Part shown: positions 48,560 to 62,300 of the stretch, piece after piece
How the letters are laid out: each line of letters starts with the position of its first letter
How positions within the stretch are numbered: position 1 is the stretch's first letter
Assembly: GCF_004010195.1 (NCBI RefSeq)
Contig: NC_057720.1
Span: 20,352,092-20,415,713 of the forward strand
From: Chiloscyllium plagiosum
Lineage: Eukaryota
Reading direction: 5' to 3'
Length of the DNA: 63,622 bases
The notes under the pieces: model-generated
Told to the model about the DNA's origin: nothing
Database searches by the model: none
The model's input: only the letters and a program-made list of their open reading frames with translations
Program-made: the position numbers and the translations under genes

Positions 48560-49690
48560 AGCTTTTGAAAGTAAATACACTTGTTAGATGCCTGTGGAAC
48601 AATGGGATGAACATCTGCAGTATGTAGAATGATATTCGATGCTGTCAGTGTCAAGTGATTATGCTGAGAGAGCTAAAAGAGGTCAGAAGCTTTGCCAGGG
48701 TTTTGAGAGAATGTTTATTCAGATCAAGCTATAAATAATGAGTTCTAGCAGAATGTCCGAAGGAGTCCCGCAGCAATACAACATTGGTCCTGTTGTTTAA
48801 GGAGGAATGCAAATGCAAACCAGACAAGGCTTACTAGACGAGTACTTGGAGTGGGCAAGTTGTCTTATAAGGAAAGGTTGGACAGATTGGCTTGTGCTGT
48901 CTGGAATTTAGAAGTGTAAGAGGTTACTTGATTGAAACATAAAATCCTGGGGGTCTTGACACGGTGTATGTGGAAAAGATCTTTCCTCTAGTGGAAGTCT
49001 CAGGAGAGTGGCACGCTGGAGCCGAAGCCTTTCCACTCTGTCTGTTTCTTTTCCTTTCTTCCACGCTCCTTTCACTTTTGTTTTCTTTTTTTTACCTTTT
49101 GCCTTCAGGCTGCATCGGCAATGTCTGGGCTGAATGTCCGAACGGACTCCTGGCCTCAGCATGGACTCAAACACCTGGCACTCTCGGCTTCAATATGACA
49201 TCTGGAGTGGTCTGGCTTGGAAGGACTGTTATTCTGAACTCTTATTTCTCTACTTTTCTAATTTATCGCTGGACATTTTATTTCTTTATTTTTCTAATAT
49301 TTTTCCCAATGAATTTGTATTGAAGAACGTGTACCGAGGTACCTTGGCACCTAAGATGGTGACTTGTAAACTTTGACTCTACTCATGCGAGGACATGTGA
49401 CAATAAAGCTAATTCAATGCAATTCAATTCAGATTCTACAACTCAGGGTGACTTCTTAAAAATAAATACCCTCTCGTTTAAGACAGAAATTATTTCTTTT
49501 CTGACAGAGGGTTGTCAGTATTTTGAACTCTGTCATGCAGGGAAGTGGAAGCAGGGTCATTGAATATTTTTGAAGCACATAGCTCCCTGTTAAGCAACGG
49601 GTCGTAAGGTTCCTGGCACTAAATAGGAATGTGGATCAATTAGATCACCCATATTCTTTTTGCATGGCAGAATAGACTGGAGCAACTGTG
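48560..49690 (+). mobile_element. Old CR1 3' region interrupted at 49001-49433
   Basis: Homologous in layout to 30155-30680. Confidence 0.55.
49001..49433 (+). mobile_element. Non-coding retroposon with Rex1/Babar-like 3' tail
   Basis: Ends catgtgacaataaagct(aattc)n; shares ccttggcacctaagat / cctttgaacctaagac with 41575-42240. Confidence 0.5.
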
Positions 49691-49696
49691 TGGCCT

Positions 49697-50250
49697 GTGG
49701 GAGACAGGATGCCAACTTGCGGAACGCTTCAGAGAACATCTCCAGGACACCCACACCAAATAACTTCATCTCCCCGTGGCCAACCACTTCAACTCCCCCT
49801 CCCACTCTGCCAAGGACATGCAAGTCCTGGGCCTCCTCCACCGCCAAATCCAAGCTACCCGATGCCTGGAGGAAGAGCACCTCATCTTCCGCCTTGGGCC
49901 CCTCCAACTGAACAGAATCAATGTCGGTTTCACCAGTTTCCTCATCTCCCCCCTTCCCCCATTTATCCCAGATCCAACCCTTCAACTCAGCACTGCCCTC
50001 TTGAACTGTCCTACCTCTCCATCTTTCGCTCCACCTTCCACTCCAACCCATCAACATCACACCCCACCTTCATCTACCTATCACCTTCCAAGCCACTTTC
50101 CCCAAGCCCCACCCCCTTCCTATTTATCTCTCAGCCCCCTTGGGCCTTCCCTCGTTCCTGATGAAGGGCTTATGCTGAAATGTTGACTCCCTTGCTTCTC
50201 GGATGCTGTCAGACCTGTTGTCCTTTTCCAGCACCACAGTTTTTGACTCT
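49697..50250 (+). mobile_element. Penelope-like element 3' part with degenerate hammerhead (50158-50184)
   Basis: ETGCQLAERFREHL, ANHFNSPSHS..LEEEHLIFRLG. Confidence 0.88.
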
Positions 50251-50312
50251 AATACCTAATTCACCTGTTCATATTTTCATATGTTCACCAGTAATAGCTA
50301 GGGAGACCTGTT

Positions 50313-50412
50313 GTGAAGAAGGGTCACTGGACCTGAAATATTAACTCTGTTTTGTCTCCACAGATGCTTCCAGATCTACTGAGTTTCTCTTGTAATTTCT
50401 GTTTTTGTTTCA
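50313..50412 (+). mobile_element. PLE terminal fragment with degenerate hammerhead
   Basis: GTGAAGAAGGGTCACTGGACCTGAAATATT, same family as 19521. Confidence 0.7.
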
Positions 50413-50748
50413 GATTGGGAGGCTAAATAAAGTTAGGTCCCATTGACGCATAAACCAGTACTAATTCCCTGTTCACAGCTTGCATACTGAAACTGCCTGT
50501 ATGTTACAACAGCACAAACATATGCACTTATCTCTTTGAATCTGTATTGCAGGAAGAATTAAAAGTATCACAAGCCAATGTTAAGAGGGACAATTGCAAT
50601 CTCCTGATGGTCTGTTCGTTTAGAAGCAGCAATTTAGATAAGATACATTAGTTAATCAAATAAAGTATACAACCAGGACAACTGGAAATGGCTTACTGAT
50701 ATCAGAGGACACATAGCCCCTTGGCATAGAATGCATTGGTACATAAAG

Positions 50749-50885
50749 TTAAAAATCACACAACACCAGGTGATCGACGCTCCAAAAGCTAGTGTGCTTC
50801 CAATTAAACCTGTTGGACTATAACCTGGTGTTGTGTGATTTTTAACTTTGTACACCCCAGTCCAACACCGGCATCTCCGAATCAA
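50749..50885. mobile_element. Short fold-back PLE terminal insertion
   Basis: TSD TGGTACATAAAG at 50737-50748 and 50886-50897; family of 17156-17381. Confidence 0.85.
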
Positions 50886-51693
50886 TGGTACATAAAGGTG
50901 ATTAGGATAGCATCCTACTCTCCAGCCAAGGTGTTAGGGAACTTTTGTGTACGTTTTCCTCCTCCTCTTCTGGTCTGTCTGAAACAACAGTTCTCTGAGG
51001 ACCAACTGATGAGAGCTCACCTCTGTCCCAAGCACTAACCATTAGATCATTGTTTCTCGGGGCAGATAACTTACTGTGGCAATCAATTTGTCTGAACTCT
51101 TTTGACCAATGGCCATGGGACAGCCGTTTGTGACATCGGATGATCATCATTCCTTTGCCCACATTCATCTGACAGTTAGTTTACCATTGTTTGGAAGAAA
51201 AACACTTTTTTTTAGAAGGGAATATCATTTTATATTTCTTATTTTTGAAACAATAGATTGATAATAGGGTAGTGTGGTTTCCAATAAACCTTTTGTTTAT
51301 GTTTGTGAATGGTCTGTTATTACTGTAATACGATTAAGTGAGGTTTCCTGTTACAAAGAAAGCACCAAGAATGCTGACTGCATGCAGGTTTAAAGGGAAT
51401 CCCAAGTTGCATCAGTTGACCACCTTTTCCCGTAGTCAAGAAAACCATGTCAACATTATAACTGTTTGATAGTACAGAATTAGTGTATTACTGAGGAATG
51501 ACACATTTTGTCTTTTACCTTGCACTCATCAGGACAATTCTCAAGAATACCAATTCAAGCAGAAAAACCAACCAGACTGAAACAACATGTACATGCACTG
51601 AGCCTGTTACAACCCAGCAAAATAGGTGACAAACATTTGCTGGTTTATTTCTCAGGCCATGGCTTGACTAAGCAGTCTGCATTTGTAGATGTA

Positions 51694-51867
51694 CAGAGGA
51701 ACTTTGACTATCCGAAGGACACGGGCAGGGAGTATTTTGTTCAGTTAATCGAATTCCAGATAATTGAATGCTGGGTAACATTGTCTAGCCAAGCATTGGG
51801 ATTTTGCGATTTTGCCAGATACTCCAATTTTCGGACAATTGAGTGCCAGATAATCGAGGTTCCTCTG
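51694..51867. mobile_element. Tigger/pogo-like MITE
   Basis: TA|CAGAGGAACTTTGACTATC ... GATAATCGAGGTTCCTCTG|TA. Confidence 0.85.
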
Positions 51868-52981
51868 TAGTGAGCTGCATTAGCAATTCAAAACTGAACT
51901 GAATATGACTGGACTATACATTCTCATGTTCCTACATTTGTACCATACATTTCTGAAGCCAAGTGAGAGGCCAATACTGACAGATAATACACATTCTTGT
52001 GTTAGATGAAAATCAATGCCCAGTAGAGATTACATGGGTGAATTAGATGCATATCCCAAACATTTGCAAATCTCTGTTGTTTTGGTAGCTGCTGTGGACT
52101 ATTTCAGTCCGGTATAAAAACCTAAATTCTTTCTCATTGGCTTTTGGCCACAGTACTGTTAATGTTAAGGCAGAAATCCAGAAATCTTAGTTTTATGTTG
52201 ATTTGCGGATAGTTTGAGATGGCCCCAGTACAGATGTTGCTATATTTGTATGAAAATTGCTAAATTCCCTGTCAAAGTATCAGCAGAAACATGTTACTCA
52301 AGATGTACACAAATAATGTTCTCTATTTACATGCTCCATGGTTGTTTCTAAAACATCAATACTGTGCTTTACGGGAAGAGATAAACAATGTAGCTTAGGT
52401 CATCCTTTGCATTAAGCTAGAGCATCAAGTCATTTCATTGCAAGCAATTGCTTACAACAGATGCAGTATCGGGAATAGCCGGACATCTATTTGGCCTGTA
52501 GTTCTTGAAAGTGGGACGTCATCCCCAAATGGGGGTGAAAGTAGCACCTGAAAGTAATTAATTTCACAAAGTCTGCATTAAATTCCTGCAAAGCCTGAGG
52601 ACTGGGCAGGAATGAAAGATTCATATGCTCTCATACCCATCTTTGGCACTCACTTGATTACTCCAGCCTCAACGATTCCTAAATTTGGTTCAAACCAACT
52701 TATGCCAACCGATTCTAATTATATTAGCTTATATTAACATTTTCATGAATAAACATGAACATCCACACAATCTACTAAATGAATGTTAAATCATCAGTGA
52801 AGGAACCAAATTAAGAATGGTTGATTAAATGTTGGGCATATACGTAATAAATAGACAAAGTAAATAGCCACGGTCCATGAAGGACTATACACATCTTGCT
52901 CCATAATTTGATAGACAGAGGAAAAGAGAGACAATTAGCTATACAGCTTGAAGGGCATCATTCCACATCAAAGGAGAGACT

Positions 52982-54518
52982 GGGGGTGGGGAGGAGGCAT
53001 CCAAGATGGCGGCGATCTAGAAAGATCGTGTTGCAGAGCTCCGCACCGTATCGCATCGCAAGCGGGATGAAGTCCTAGCCTGCTCGACCTGGACCACGGC
53101 AATAGTTTGAGACTCTGTAAAGATTGTGGAATCCCATGAAACTGTAAAAAATCAACTTACCGTGGTTTTCGTCTTCCGGGGATGCCGAAGAAGGGAGGAG
53201 GAGCATCCAAGACCAAGCTTGCGGCCCAGGCTGCAGGATCCTCGGACACGATATTTTACCAGGCCCTGGTGTAGGAGCTCGCAAAATCTCACAAGATGTT
53301 GGGGAAACAGAGAGAGGAGAACCTGGCTCCGATCTCTATCATGCTGCAGAACCATGAACAGCAACTGGGAGTCCTGGAGAAAAGGAAGGATGAGGTAGAA
53401 CACAGAGTCACAGTGATGGAAGCTGATTCCAGTTCCTTCAAGGATAGGATTGAAGCCTGGAGACATAGGTCCGTAATTTGCTTGACCAAGTTAATGACCT
53501 CGAGAACAGGGGCTGGAGAAAAAATATTCGGATTGTCTGTCTGCCGGAGGGTAAGGAAGGCGAGTGGACTGTTTGCTGAAATTCATTAACTTGGAGGCTG
53601 GAATGAGAGGCTTGAAGATCGAGAGGGCTCACCGGGTCATGGCGCGGAGGTCAGGTCTGGGTCAACGTCCTCTTCTTCTCCTAGTGCAGTTTCATCATTA
53701 TAGAGATAAGGAGAGAATCGTGGAAGCTTCCAGAATCCAGGGGAAGGATCCAAAGGCCCTAGTTTATGAGGGCTCTAAGATCATGTTTTTCCTGGACTTC
53801 TCAGCAGCGGTGATCCGGAAAAGAAAATCCTATGATGGCATCGAGAGAAGACTGAGGGAACTCGGAATCTAGTACTTTCTGATGTATCCGGCGATGCCTT
53901 AGGTGGATCTGTACATCTCTTTGACACCTCGGAGAAGGCAAGAGACTTTGTGGACAAATTAACTTAATCTGAACAATTTAGTGTGTACAAATAGTAGTGT
54001 TCTTTGGGTATGTCTCCGCTTTTCTTTAAATAAAAAGAGGAAGGTCTGGTCAGGGCTTTCTTTTCCTATCTTTTGTCTGGGTAAGAATCTGGTCTAAACT
54101 AGGTTTGGCGGCGGTTGAGATGTGTACTTTCAATTTCAAAGTTAACTTATATCAAAGGATGGTGGGGTACCTATCCTTTTTCTTCCAAATTTCTTTATTC
54201 ACATGGCTATTTCATGGTGTATTTTCTTTCTTTTCTGCTTGTGTTTGCAGTACGGCTCTAGCAAGGAGGAGGGAAAATGGTTGGGATGGCTACTGCCTAC
54301 TTACGGACAGTTTATGCCTGGTTCAGGTATTTAAATGCCCTGGCTGCAGTATTGGCAGTGGGATGGGAAGTTGTCCCCTTTGAGCAGGAGTGAGTTCCCC
54401 TATTCAATGCCATCGGTGCGTTATATGTTAGTTTGTTTTTTGGTTTTTGTTATATATAGCCTTTGAAAGCTTTGTAGGTTTGTTAACTATAGTGGTTTTA
54501 GTTTGTGTAGTTTTTATG
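52982..54518 (+). mobile_element. L1/Tx1-clade LINE 5' half (5' UTR, frameshifted ORF1 53182-~53967, spacer)
   Basis: GGAGGCATCCAAGATGGCGGCG start; IERAHRV..FHHYRDKERI..YEGSKIMFF. Confidence 0.9.
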
Positions 54519-55642
54519 GTTTTTAAAATTTTTTTTATAATATATTTTATTAAGAAAAAATAGATTTTTAAATATTACAACAAATACAAAACAATGCAAT
54601 TCAAAACAGTACAAAAAGTATTTCAAAAAGAGTTGCCATTTCTTGTAAAAATTCTCAGTTTTGTGGTGTACCATATTTGTGAGAAAATCCAGGGGAAAAT
54701 GCTCCATAACAATCTTCCGCCAACCTGATAGGCCTGGGGGGGGTTTTCGGATATCCAACCTAGCAAGATATTCTTCCTTGCACAGAACGTAAGAATATTG
54801 AAAAGTTTTTTCTTATGCGTGTCTGCAGGAAATCCAATGGGTAGGCCCAAAAGGAGCGAAATAGGGTCCTTCTCCACCCCTACACCTAAAATCCTCTCCA
54901 TTCCACCCACCACAGCGCTCCAATATGTTTGAAGCCTGTCACAAGACCAAAGACAATGGGTAAGAGTGCCCGTGCAGACCTTGCACTTGGGGCATGCTGA
55001 AGATACCCCTGGTTTAAATTTTGACAAACGGTCTGGGGCTAAGTGGACCCTGTGGAGAATCTTCAACTGTAAAGCATGGGTCCTATTGCAAATTGATATC
55101 TTCCTTGCATTCTCCCAAATATCCTCCCGTGCCTCTGAGGAAACTTCAACACCCAGCTCTCTTTCCCACATCTTGCAGAGCCAATCAGACTCATCTGAGG
55201 TGGCACCCCCCAATTGGTGATATAGAGTACTGACAGAGAGTGTACTCTCAGCCCTTAGTACCCCTCTTTCTATGTCAGATTTGTAGGGATCAGTGAAAAG
55301 TGTGGTCTTTTTTTGAATAAAATCCCTAACTTGAAAAAAATGAAAGAGGTCTCTATTAGGCAACTCGTACTTCTGTACTAACTGATCAAAGGACATCATT
55401 ACATCTCCCTCAAATAAATCACCCAAGGAAGATATACCCCTAGCTGCCCAACGTTTAAATCCTGAATCTATCATACCCAATTGAAAACCCGACATACCCA
55501 CTAAAAGGTGTAAACAAAGATGTTTAGCCAATATTACCTTCCCTCTGCCAAATTGCCCTCCATGCTTTAACAGTATTGCTGACTATTGGGTTATGGCAAT
55601 ATTCCCTAACTGTCCTCACCTTGTCCAAAAACAGCAAACTGG

Positions 55643-56044
55643 NNNNNNNNNNNNNNNNNNNNNNNNNNNNNNNNNNNNNNNNNNNNNNNNNNNNNNNNNN
55701 NNNNNNNNNNNNNNNNNNNNNNNNNNNNNNNNNNNNNNNNNNNNNNNNNNNNNNNNNNNNNNNNNNNNNNNNNNNNNNNNNNNNNNNNNNNNNNNNNNNN
55801 NNNNNNNNNNNNNNNNNNNNNNNNNNNNNNNNNNNNNNNNNNNNNNNNNNNNNNNNNNNNNNNNNNNNNNNNNNNNNNNNNNNNNNNNNNNNNNNNNNNN
55901 NNNNNNNNNNNNNNNNNNNNNNNNNNNNNNNNNNNNNNNNNNNNNNNNNNNNNNNNNNNNNNNNNNNNNNNNNNNNNNNNNNNNNNNNNNNNNNNNNNNN
56001 NNNNNNNNNNNNNNNNNNNNNNNNNNNNNNNNNNNNNNNNNNNN
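55643..56044. other. Assembly gap (N run)
   Basis: Run of N. Confidence 1.
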
Positions 56045-56077
56045 GCAGGCAGGCAGCATCCAAGGAGCAGGAGATTC

Positions 56078-56105
56078 GACGTTTCGGGCATAAGCCCTTC
56101 TTCAG
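56078..56105 (-). ncRNA. Minimal type I hammerhead ribozyme motif (intact core) in a PLE terminus
   Basis: CUGAAGA-A-GGGC-UUAU-GCCC-GAAACGUC; flanks GAUU / AAUC can form stem I. Confidence 0.72.
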
Positions 56106-56109
56106 TAAT

Positions 56110-56633
56110 CATGTGTGCTCCAGGCATCTACCACACTCTGTGTAAAAGAGATGCCTCATACGTCTCCATTAACCTTTCCCCCCTCCCCTTAAACCCCCGA
56201 GCATTTGACGTTTTCATTCTGGGAAAGAATCTTAATATTCACCCTATCCATGTCTCTTAAAATTTTATATACTTCCATCAGATTGTTCCTATGACATTCT
56301 GGTGGAAACAATCCAAGCTTGTCCAACATCTCTTTGTGGCTAATACACTCCAAACCAAGCAACATCCTGGTAAACCTCTTTTGCATCCTCTCCAAAGCCG
56401 AGGACATATACACTTAATGGGAAGGTCCTAGGGAGTGTTGCTGAACAAAGAGACCTTGGAGTGCAGGTTCATAGCGCCTGAAAAGTGGAGTCGCAGGTAG
56501 ATAGGATTGTGAAGAAGGCGTTTGGTATGCTTTCCTTTATTGGTCAGAGTATTGAGTACAGGAGTTGGGAGGTCACGTTGCAGCTGTCCAGGAAATTGGC
56601 TAGGCCACTGTTGGAATATTGCGTGCAGTTCTG
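56110..56633. mobile_element. Two CR1 fragments back to back (56110-56400 minus, 56401-56633 plus)
   Basis: ALERMQKRFTRML (minus) and VESQVDRIVKKAFGML (plus). Confidence 0.8.
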
Positions 56634-59346
56634 GCTAGACAGACGTTTGCTCAAACAGCTGATGAAGAAAAGTTAACATATATTTGCAAATGGGCTGACT
56701 TGTTTTGGTTGACATGTCACCGATGTGCAGGTTTACCCTCAAGGTTTATCTTCTCCCTCTTTTTTGTCATCTTTTGTTGTTTTCTAACACTTACCCAATC
56801 CTCGGGCTTACCACTAATTTTTGCTAGATTGTGTGTCTTTATTTCAATTTGATGCTATCCTTAACTTCCCTGGGTAACCATGGTTTTTTTTATTCCCTTC
56901 CTAGAATCTTGCTTCTTTGTCAGTGTAATACATCTTTGTTGTGATCCATGAACTATTTTCTTAAATGTCTGCTTTGGTTCCTCAACCATCTTTGCTGCTA
57001 AACTTCGCCCAGACCAAACTGGTGTAGAGTATAGAAAAGGTACGGCCACTCAACTCGGTCAAATGCCTTCTCTGCATCTAAAGAAATCACCAATCCCTGT
57101 ATTGACTGCTGTTGGCATGCTTGAATTACGTTAAGCAGCCTCCTAACGTTATTGGAGGATCTGTGACCCTTTATGAAGCCCGTCTGATCCTCTAGAGGGT
57201 AGCACAGTCTCCGGCCTTAATGCGAGAGCCTTAGAGAGGATCTTAAAGTCCACATTTAAGAGCGAGATGGGCCTGTATGAAGCACAGTCTTCCAGATCTT
57301 TCCCTTTTTTAAGGATAAGTGAAATATTGGCCTCTCTCAGAGATGGTGGGAGACAATCATGACTGTATGAATCATTAAACACATTCAGCATCGGGCCTGA
57401 CAGTATACTTATAAATTCCTTATAGAATTCACTGGGAAGTCTGTCAGGACCAGGCGCCTTTCCATTCTGAAGCTGCCTCATAGCTTCCTGCACTTCTTGC
57501 TCTGATAATGGGGCATTGAGAAAGGACTGTTGTTTGGGAATCATACCCGGGAGCTTCAGATCTCTAAAGAAGGATTCCATTTTGGCCTGCCCCTCCTCAC
57601 AATTCTCAGACTGATATAACTTAGAGTAGAATCTCTGGAATGCCACATTAACCTTTTTAGAATCACATGTTAGGTTCCCAGACCCTTCCCTAATTGCTGT
57701 AATGGTTTGTGGGGCACTTCTCTTTCTGGCAAGGAATGCTAAGTATTTGCCTGGCCTGTCACCATGCTCATATAACCTTTGCTTTGCAAAAGCCAGCTCC
57801 TTCTTTGCCATCTGCGTGAGCACGGAATTTAGTGCAGACCGCAATGCCGTAATCCTCTGTAGTTTGACCAACGAGGGTCTGCCAAAGTAAGCCTTCTCGG
57901 TTGCCTTCAACCGTGCTTCAAGGAGACGTTGCTGCTCACCCTTCTGCCCCTTCCGACTGGTGGAATATGAAATAACTAACCCTCTAGCATAGGCTTTGGA
58001 AGTTTCCCAGAGAATGGATGAGCTATCAACCGAGCCTATGTTGATGTCTAGGAATGCCCAAAATTCCCTAGAGAAATACTCCACAAACTTACTGTCCATG
58101 AGAATAAAGGGGTCCATTCACCAGTACCTTGAATCCACTGTAACATCCTTAATCTTAACCATGAGGTACATTGGAGCATGACCAGAGATGGCAATATTAC
58201 CAATTGTACAGGATGCCACCAGATCCAGGGTTACCGCAGGGGTCAGAAAAAAAATCAATCCTTGTGTGACATCTATGCGGATTGGAGAAAAACATGAAAT
58301 CCCTACCTGTCGGGTGGAGACACCTCCAGACGTCCACCAACCTTAATTCCCCGCACTGTTTAGTTTGTGCAGAAGGTATCGAGGGACCTTTAGGCAACCT
58401 ATCTACTGTGGGGTCCATGAGGCAGTTAAAATCTCCCCCTATAATGATGTGCCGAGACTTGAGTTTAGACTTATCAGTTTAGAAAAAGCATCTACCAAGA
58501 ATTTAAGAGAATGAGTTGGGGGAGAATAAACATTTAAAATACCATATTCTTCCCCATTTATCAAGGGTTTAAGAATTACAAACCTCCTGTATGTGTCTTT
58601 AACACATTCCAACAATTTAAATGAGAGATTTTTCCTTACCAATATAGCCACTCCCCTACTTCCAGTATTAACTGATGAAAAATAAACTCAGTCAAAGCCA
58701 TTCTGCTGTAATTTCAGATGTTCCTTGTCATCCAAATGTGTCTCCTGTAACAAAGCAATATCCACCTTCTCCTTTCTAAGACTCAAGAGTACCTTCTTCC
58801 TCTTAGTTGGTGAGTGACTTCCCTTGATATTTCAGGTACACCATTTAATCAAATCATTAGCCATAATCTTCTGCAATTACATTTAAATTCTAGAGAGGAG
58901 GAACCCGAACCACAAATTGCTGAGCCTTAGTGTCGAATGGCCCACCAAATATAAAAACTACATAAACTAAAACCATTACATTTAACAAACATACAAGTAC
59001 CTTGAGAGAGACTGGAGCCAGCTTCTCTTCAATCTGTTTCCCCAGCATCTCGCGAGATTTCGAGAGCTGGTTCACCAGGTCCTGGAGAGTAATCAGTTCC
59101 GAGGCTGCTGCAGGCTGAGCTGCAGACCCGGTCTCGGATGCTCCTCCTCCCCTTTTAGGCATTTCTGGACAGCTGAAAATACAGGTAAGTCAATTTTTAA
59201 ATGTTTCTTGGGGCTCCACAATCTTTCCAATGCCCCAAGAAATCCTGATGACCTGGGTTGGGCGGGTTAAAGGACCATCCTGCTCCTGCTGCAATGCGAA
59301 GCTCTGCAGTGTGATCTTCTCAGATTGCCGCCATCTTAGATCCCCC

Positions 59347-62300
59347 AGTTTTTATGTTTGATGGATCTTGTGACACTAAGGCTCAGTGATTGTAATTCGA
59401 TTTCCTCCTCTATGGATTGTAAATGTTACTGCAAAAGGTTATGGCTAATGACTTGATTAAATGGTGTACTTGGAACATCAAGGGGAGTCACTCATCAATT
59501 AAGAGGAAGAAGGTACTTTCGAGACTTAGAAAGGAAAAGGTGGATTTTACTTTGTTACAGGAGACACTTGGATGTTGGAGTGCATTTGAAACTCTAGCAG
59601 AATGGCTTTGATTGGGTTTACTTTTCATACCAGAAGTAGGGAAGTGGCTATATTGGTTAGGAGGCATCTCCCATTTAAGTTATTAGAGTGTGTTAAAGAC
59701 ACAAACAGGATGTTTATAATTCTCAAAGCCCTGATAAACAGGAAATAATATGATGTTTTAAATGCTTGCTGCCCTCTGGCCCATCCCCTCAAATTTCTGG
59801 TAGATTGATCAGCCTCAAGTCCCGGCATATCATTATTGGGGGAGATTTTAATTGTCTCATGGATCCCACAGGAGACATGTAGCCCAAAGACCCCCATACC
59901 TTCTGAAAAAACTAAATAGTTAGTAGATCTGTGTGTAGAGTTAGGTTTGGTGGACTTCTGGAGGCATCTCTACCCTACAGGCAGGGTTTTTATGTTTTTT
60001 TTTCCAATCCACCAACATCACACCAAGGTTGAATTTTTTCTGACACCCATGGCAACCCAGGACTGGGTGGCATCTTGTACGATTAGTAATATTACCAACT
60101 CCGATCATGCTCCAGTGTACCTGTTGGTTATGATTATGGATGTTATAGTGGACCTGAGGCACTGGCAAATGGATCCCTTTGTCCTTAAGGATTTGTGGAG
60201 TACTCCTCTAGGAAATTTTGGGCGCGCCTAGACATTAACTCAGGCTCGGTTAGTAGCCCGTCTGTCCTTTGGGAAACTGCCAGAGCCTATGCCAGGGGGT
60301 TAGTTATTTCCTACTCAGCCAGCAGGAAGTGGCAGAAGGGCAAACAGCAACATCTCCTTGAAGCACGGTTGAAGACAGCCGAGAAGGCTTACTTTGACAG
60401 GCCCTTGTTGGCCAAGCTACAGAATATTACAGCATTGAATTCCGTGCTCAACGCAGACAGCAAAGAAGGAGCTTACTTTCACAAAGCAAAGGTTACATGA
60501 GAGTGGTGACAAGCCAGGCAAATACCTAGCATATCTCGCCAGGAAAAGGAGCGCCCCTCAAACCATTACGTCAATTAGGAAAGTGTCTGGAAACCTAACA
60601 TGTGATTCCAAAAAGATTAATGTGATATTCCAAAGATTTTAAGCTATTATACCAATCTGAGGGTTGTGAGGAGGGAGCAGGCCAAGATGGAGTCCTTCTT
60701 CAAGGATCTGGAGGTCCCAGGTGTGGCACTCAAAAAACAGTCTTTTTTCAATGTCCCTTTTTCAGAGCAAGAGGTTCAGGAAGCTGTGAAGCAGCTTCAG
60801 AGTGGAAAGACGCCCAGTCCTGATGGACTTCCCAGCACATTCTGTAAGAAATTTATAAACATATTGTCAGACCCGATGCTCAACATGTTCAATGACTCAT
60901 ACAGTCATGATTGTCCCTCACCATCTCTGAGAGAGGCAAATATTTCACTTATTCTTAAAAAAGGGAAGGTCCCAGTGGGCTGTGTTTCATACAGGCCCAT
61001 TTCACTCTTAAATGTGGATTTCAAAATCCTAAGACTCTTGTGTTAAGGTCGGAGGCTGTGATACCTTCTATTGTTAAAGAGGACCAGCCGGGGCTTCATA
61101 AAGGGCCACAGATCCTCCACTAATGTTAGGAGGCTGTTTAATGTAATTCAAGCATGTCAACAACAGTCAATACAGGGATTGGTGATTTCTGTAGATGCAG
61201 AGAAGGCATTTGACTGAGTTGAGTGGCCGTTTTATACTCTGGAGCAGTTTGGCTTGGGCAAAGCCTTTGTAATATGGGTAAAGGTTCTTTACAGAGACCC
61301 TCTTGCTGTGGTCATCACCAATGGGGTATGACCAAGCAATTTTAACATTTTTAGGGGCAGCCAGCAGGGCTGTCCCCTTTCCCCACTGTGTTTACATTGC
61401 TGATTGAACCATTCACAGAGGCAATTCATAGAGATCCTAATATATCAGCTCCAGGAGTGGGGTCAAATTTACATAAGATTTTGTTGTACGCAAATGATGT
61501 CCTCATTTTTTTTGTCAAATCCAGCAGTTTGGTGCCTCATCAGATGCGGCATGGTGGCACAGCGGTTAGCACTGCTGCTTCACAGTGCCAAGAGACCTGG
61601 GTTTGATTCCTGCATCAGGTGACTCTCTGTGTGGAGTTTGCACATTTGCCCTGTGTCTGCGTGGGTTTGCTCTGGTTTCCTCCCACAGTCCAAAAATGTG
61701 CAGGTTAGGTGAATTGGCCATGCTAAATTGCCCGTAGTGTTAGGTGTGGGTTGGTGTGGACTTGTTGGGCCGAAGGGCCTGTTTCCACACTGTAAGTAAT
61801 CTAATAATGCATCAGCTCGTTTGGCACCTTTTCAGGTACAAGATTAATTTTGCAAAATTAGAGGTTATGCCTATGGGTTGTGTTACGAAGATGCTTGGTC
61901 TTGAGGTCTTGAATCTCGATTCCCATTGAAGTGGTCACAGGGAGGTTTTGTGTATTTGGGCAAATTTATCACTCCAGTTCTTGATCGATTGTTCAAAGCT
62001 AATTTTGTTCAATTATTCGACAAATTCAAACAAGCCCTTCAAAGATGGGAGGCACTCCCAGTCTCATGGTTAGGTCGGATAGCACTTATTAAGATTAATC
62101 TTCTCCCCTGTCTGTTGTACCCTATATGGATGCTCCCCCTGATTTTCAATAAGCAAACGTTCAGGAGACTGAACGGCTGGCTCACCTCTTTTATTTGGCA
62201 TTGTAAGCAGCCCCTTATCAAATTAGCTAAACTGCAATTGCCTCACAGATTGGGGGGAGTGGATCTCCCGGACATTAAAAACTATCAACTGAGCTCGCTT

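Larger units (their letters stand above)
54519..59346 (-). mobile_element. L1/Tx1-clade LINE inserted antisense into the previous L1 (ORF1 largely deleted; contains gap and CR1/PLE pieces)
   Basis: 5' GGGGGATCTAAGATGGCGG; ORF2 from 58864 (GGDFN, KAPGPD, SYRPISLLNVDFKIL; CPKC..HCLWSC); TSD AGTTTTTATG at 54509-54518 and 59347-59356. Confidence 0.92.

Noticed and set aside
55524..56145. Long ORFs full of X
   Set aside because: Artefacts of the N gap.
54623..58117. 302-aa and 322-aa ORFs as intact genes
   Set aside because: Fragments of a frameshifted L1 ORF2; not an intact element.
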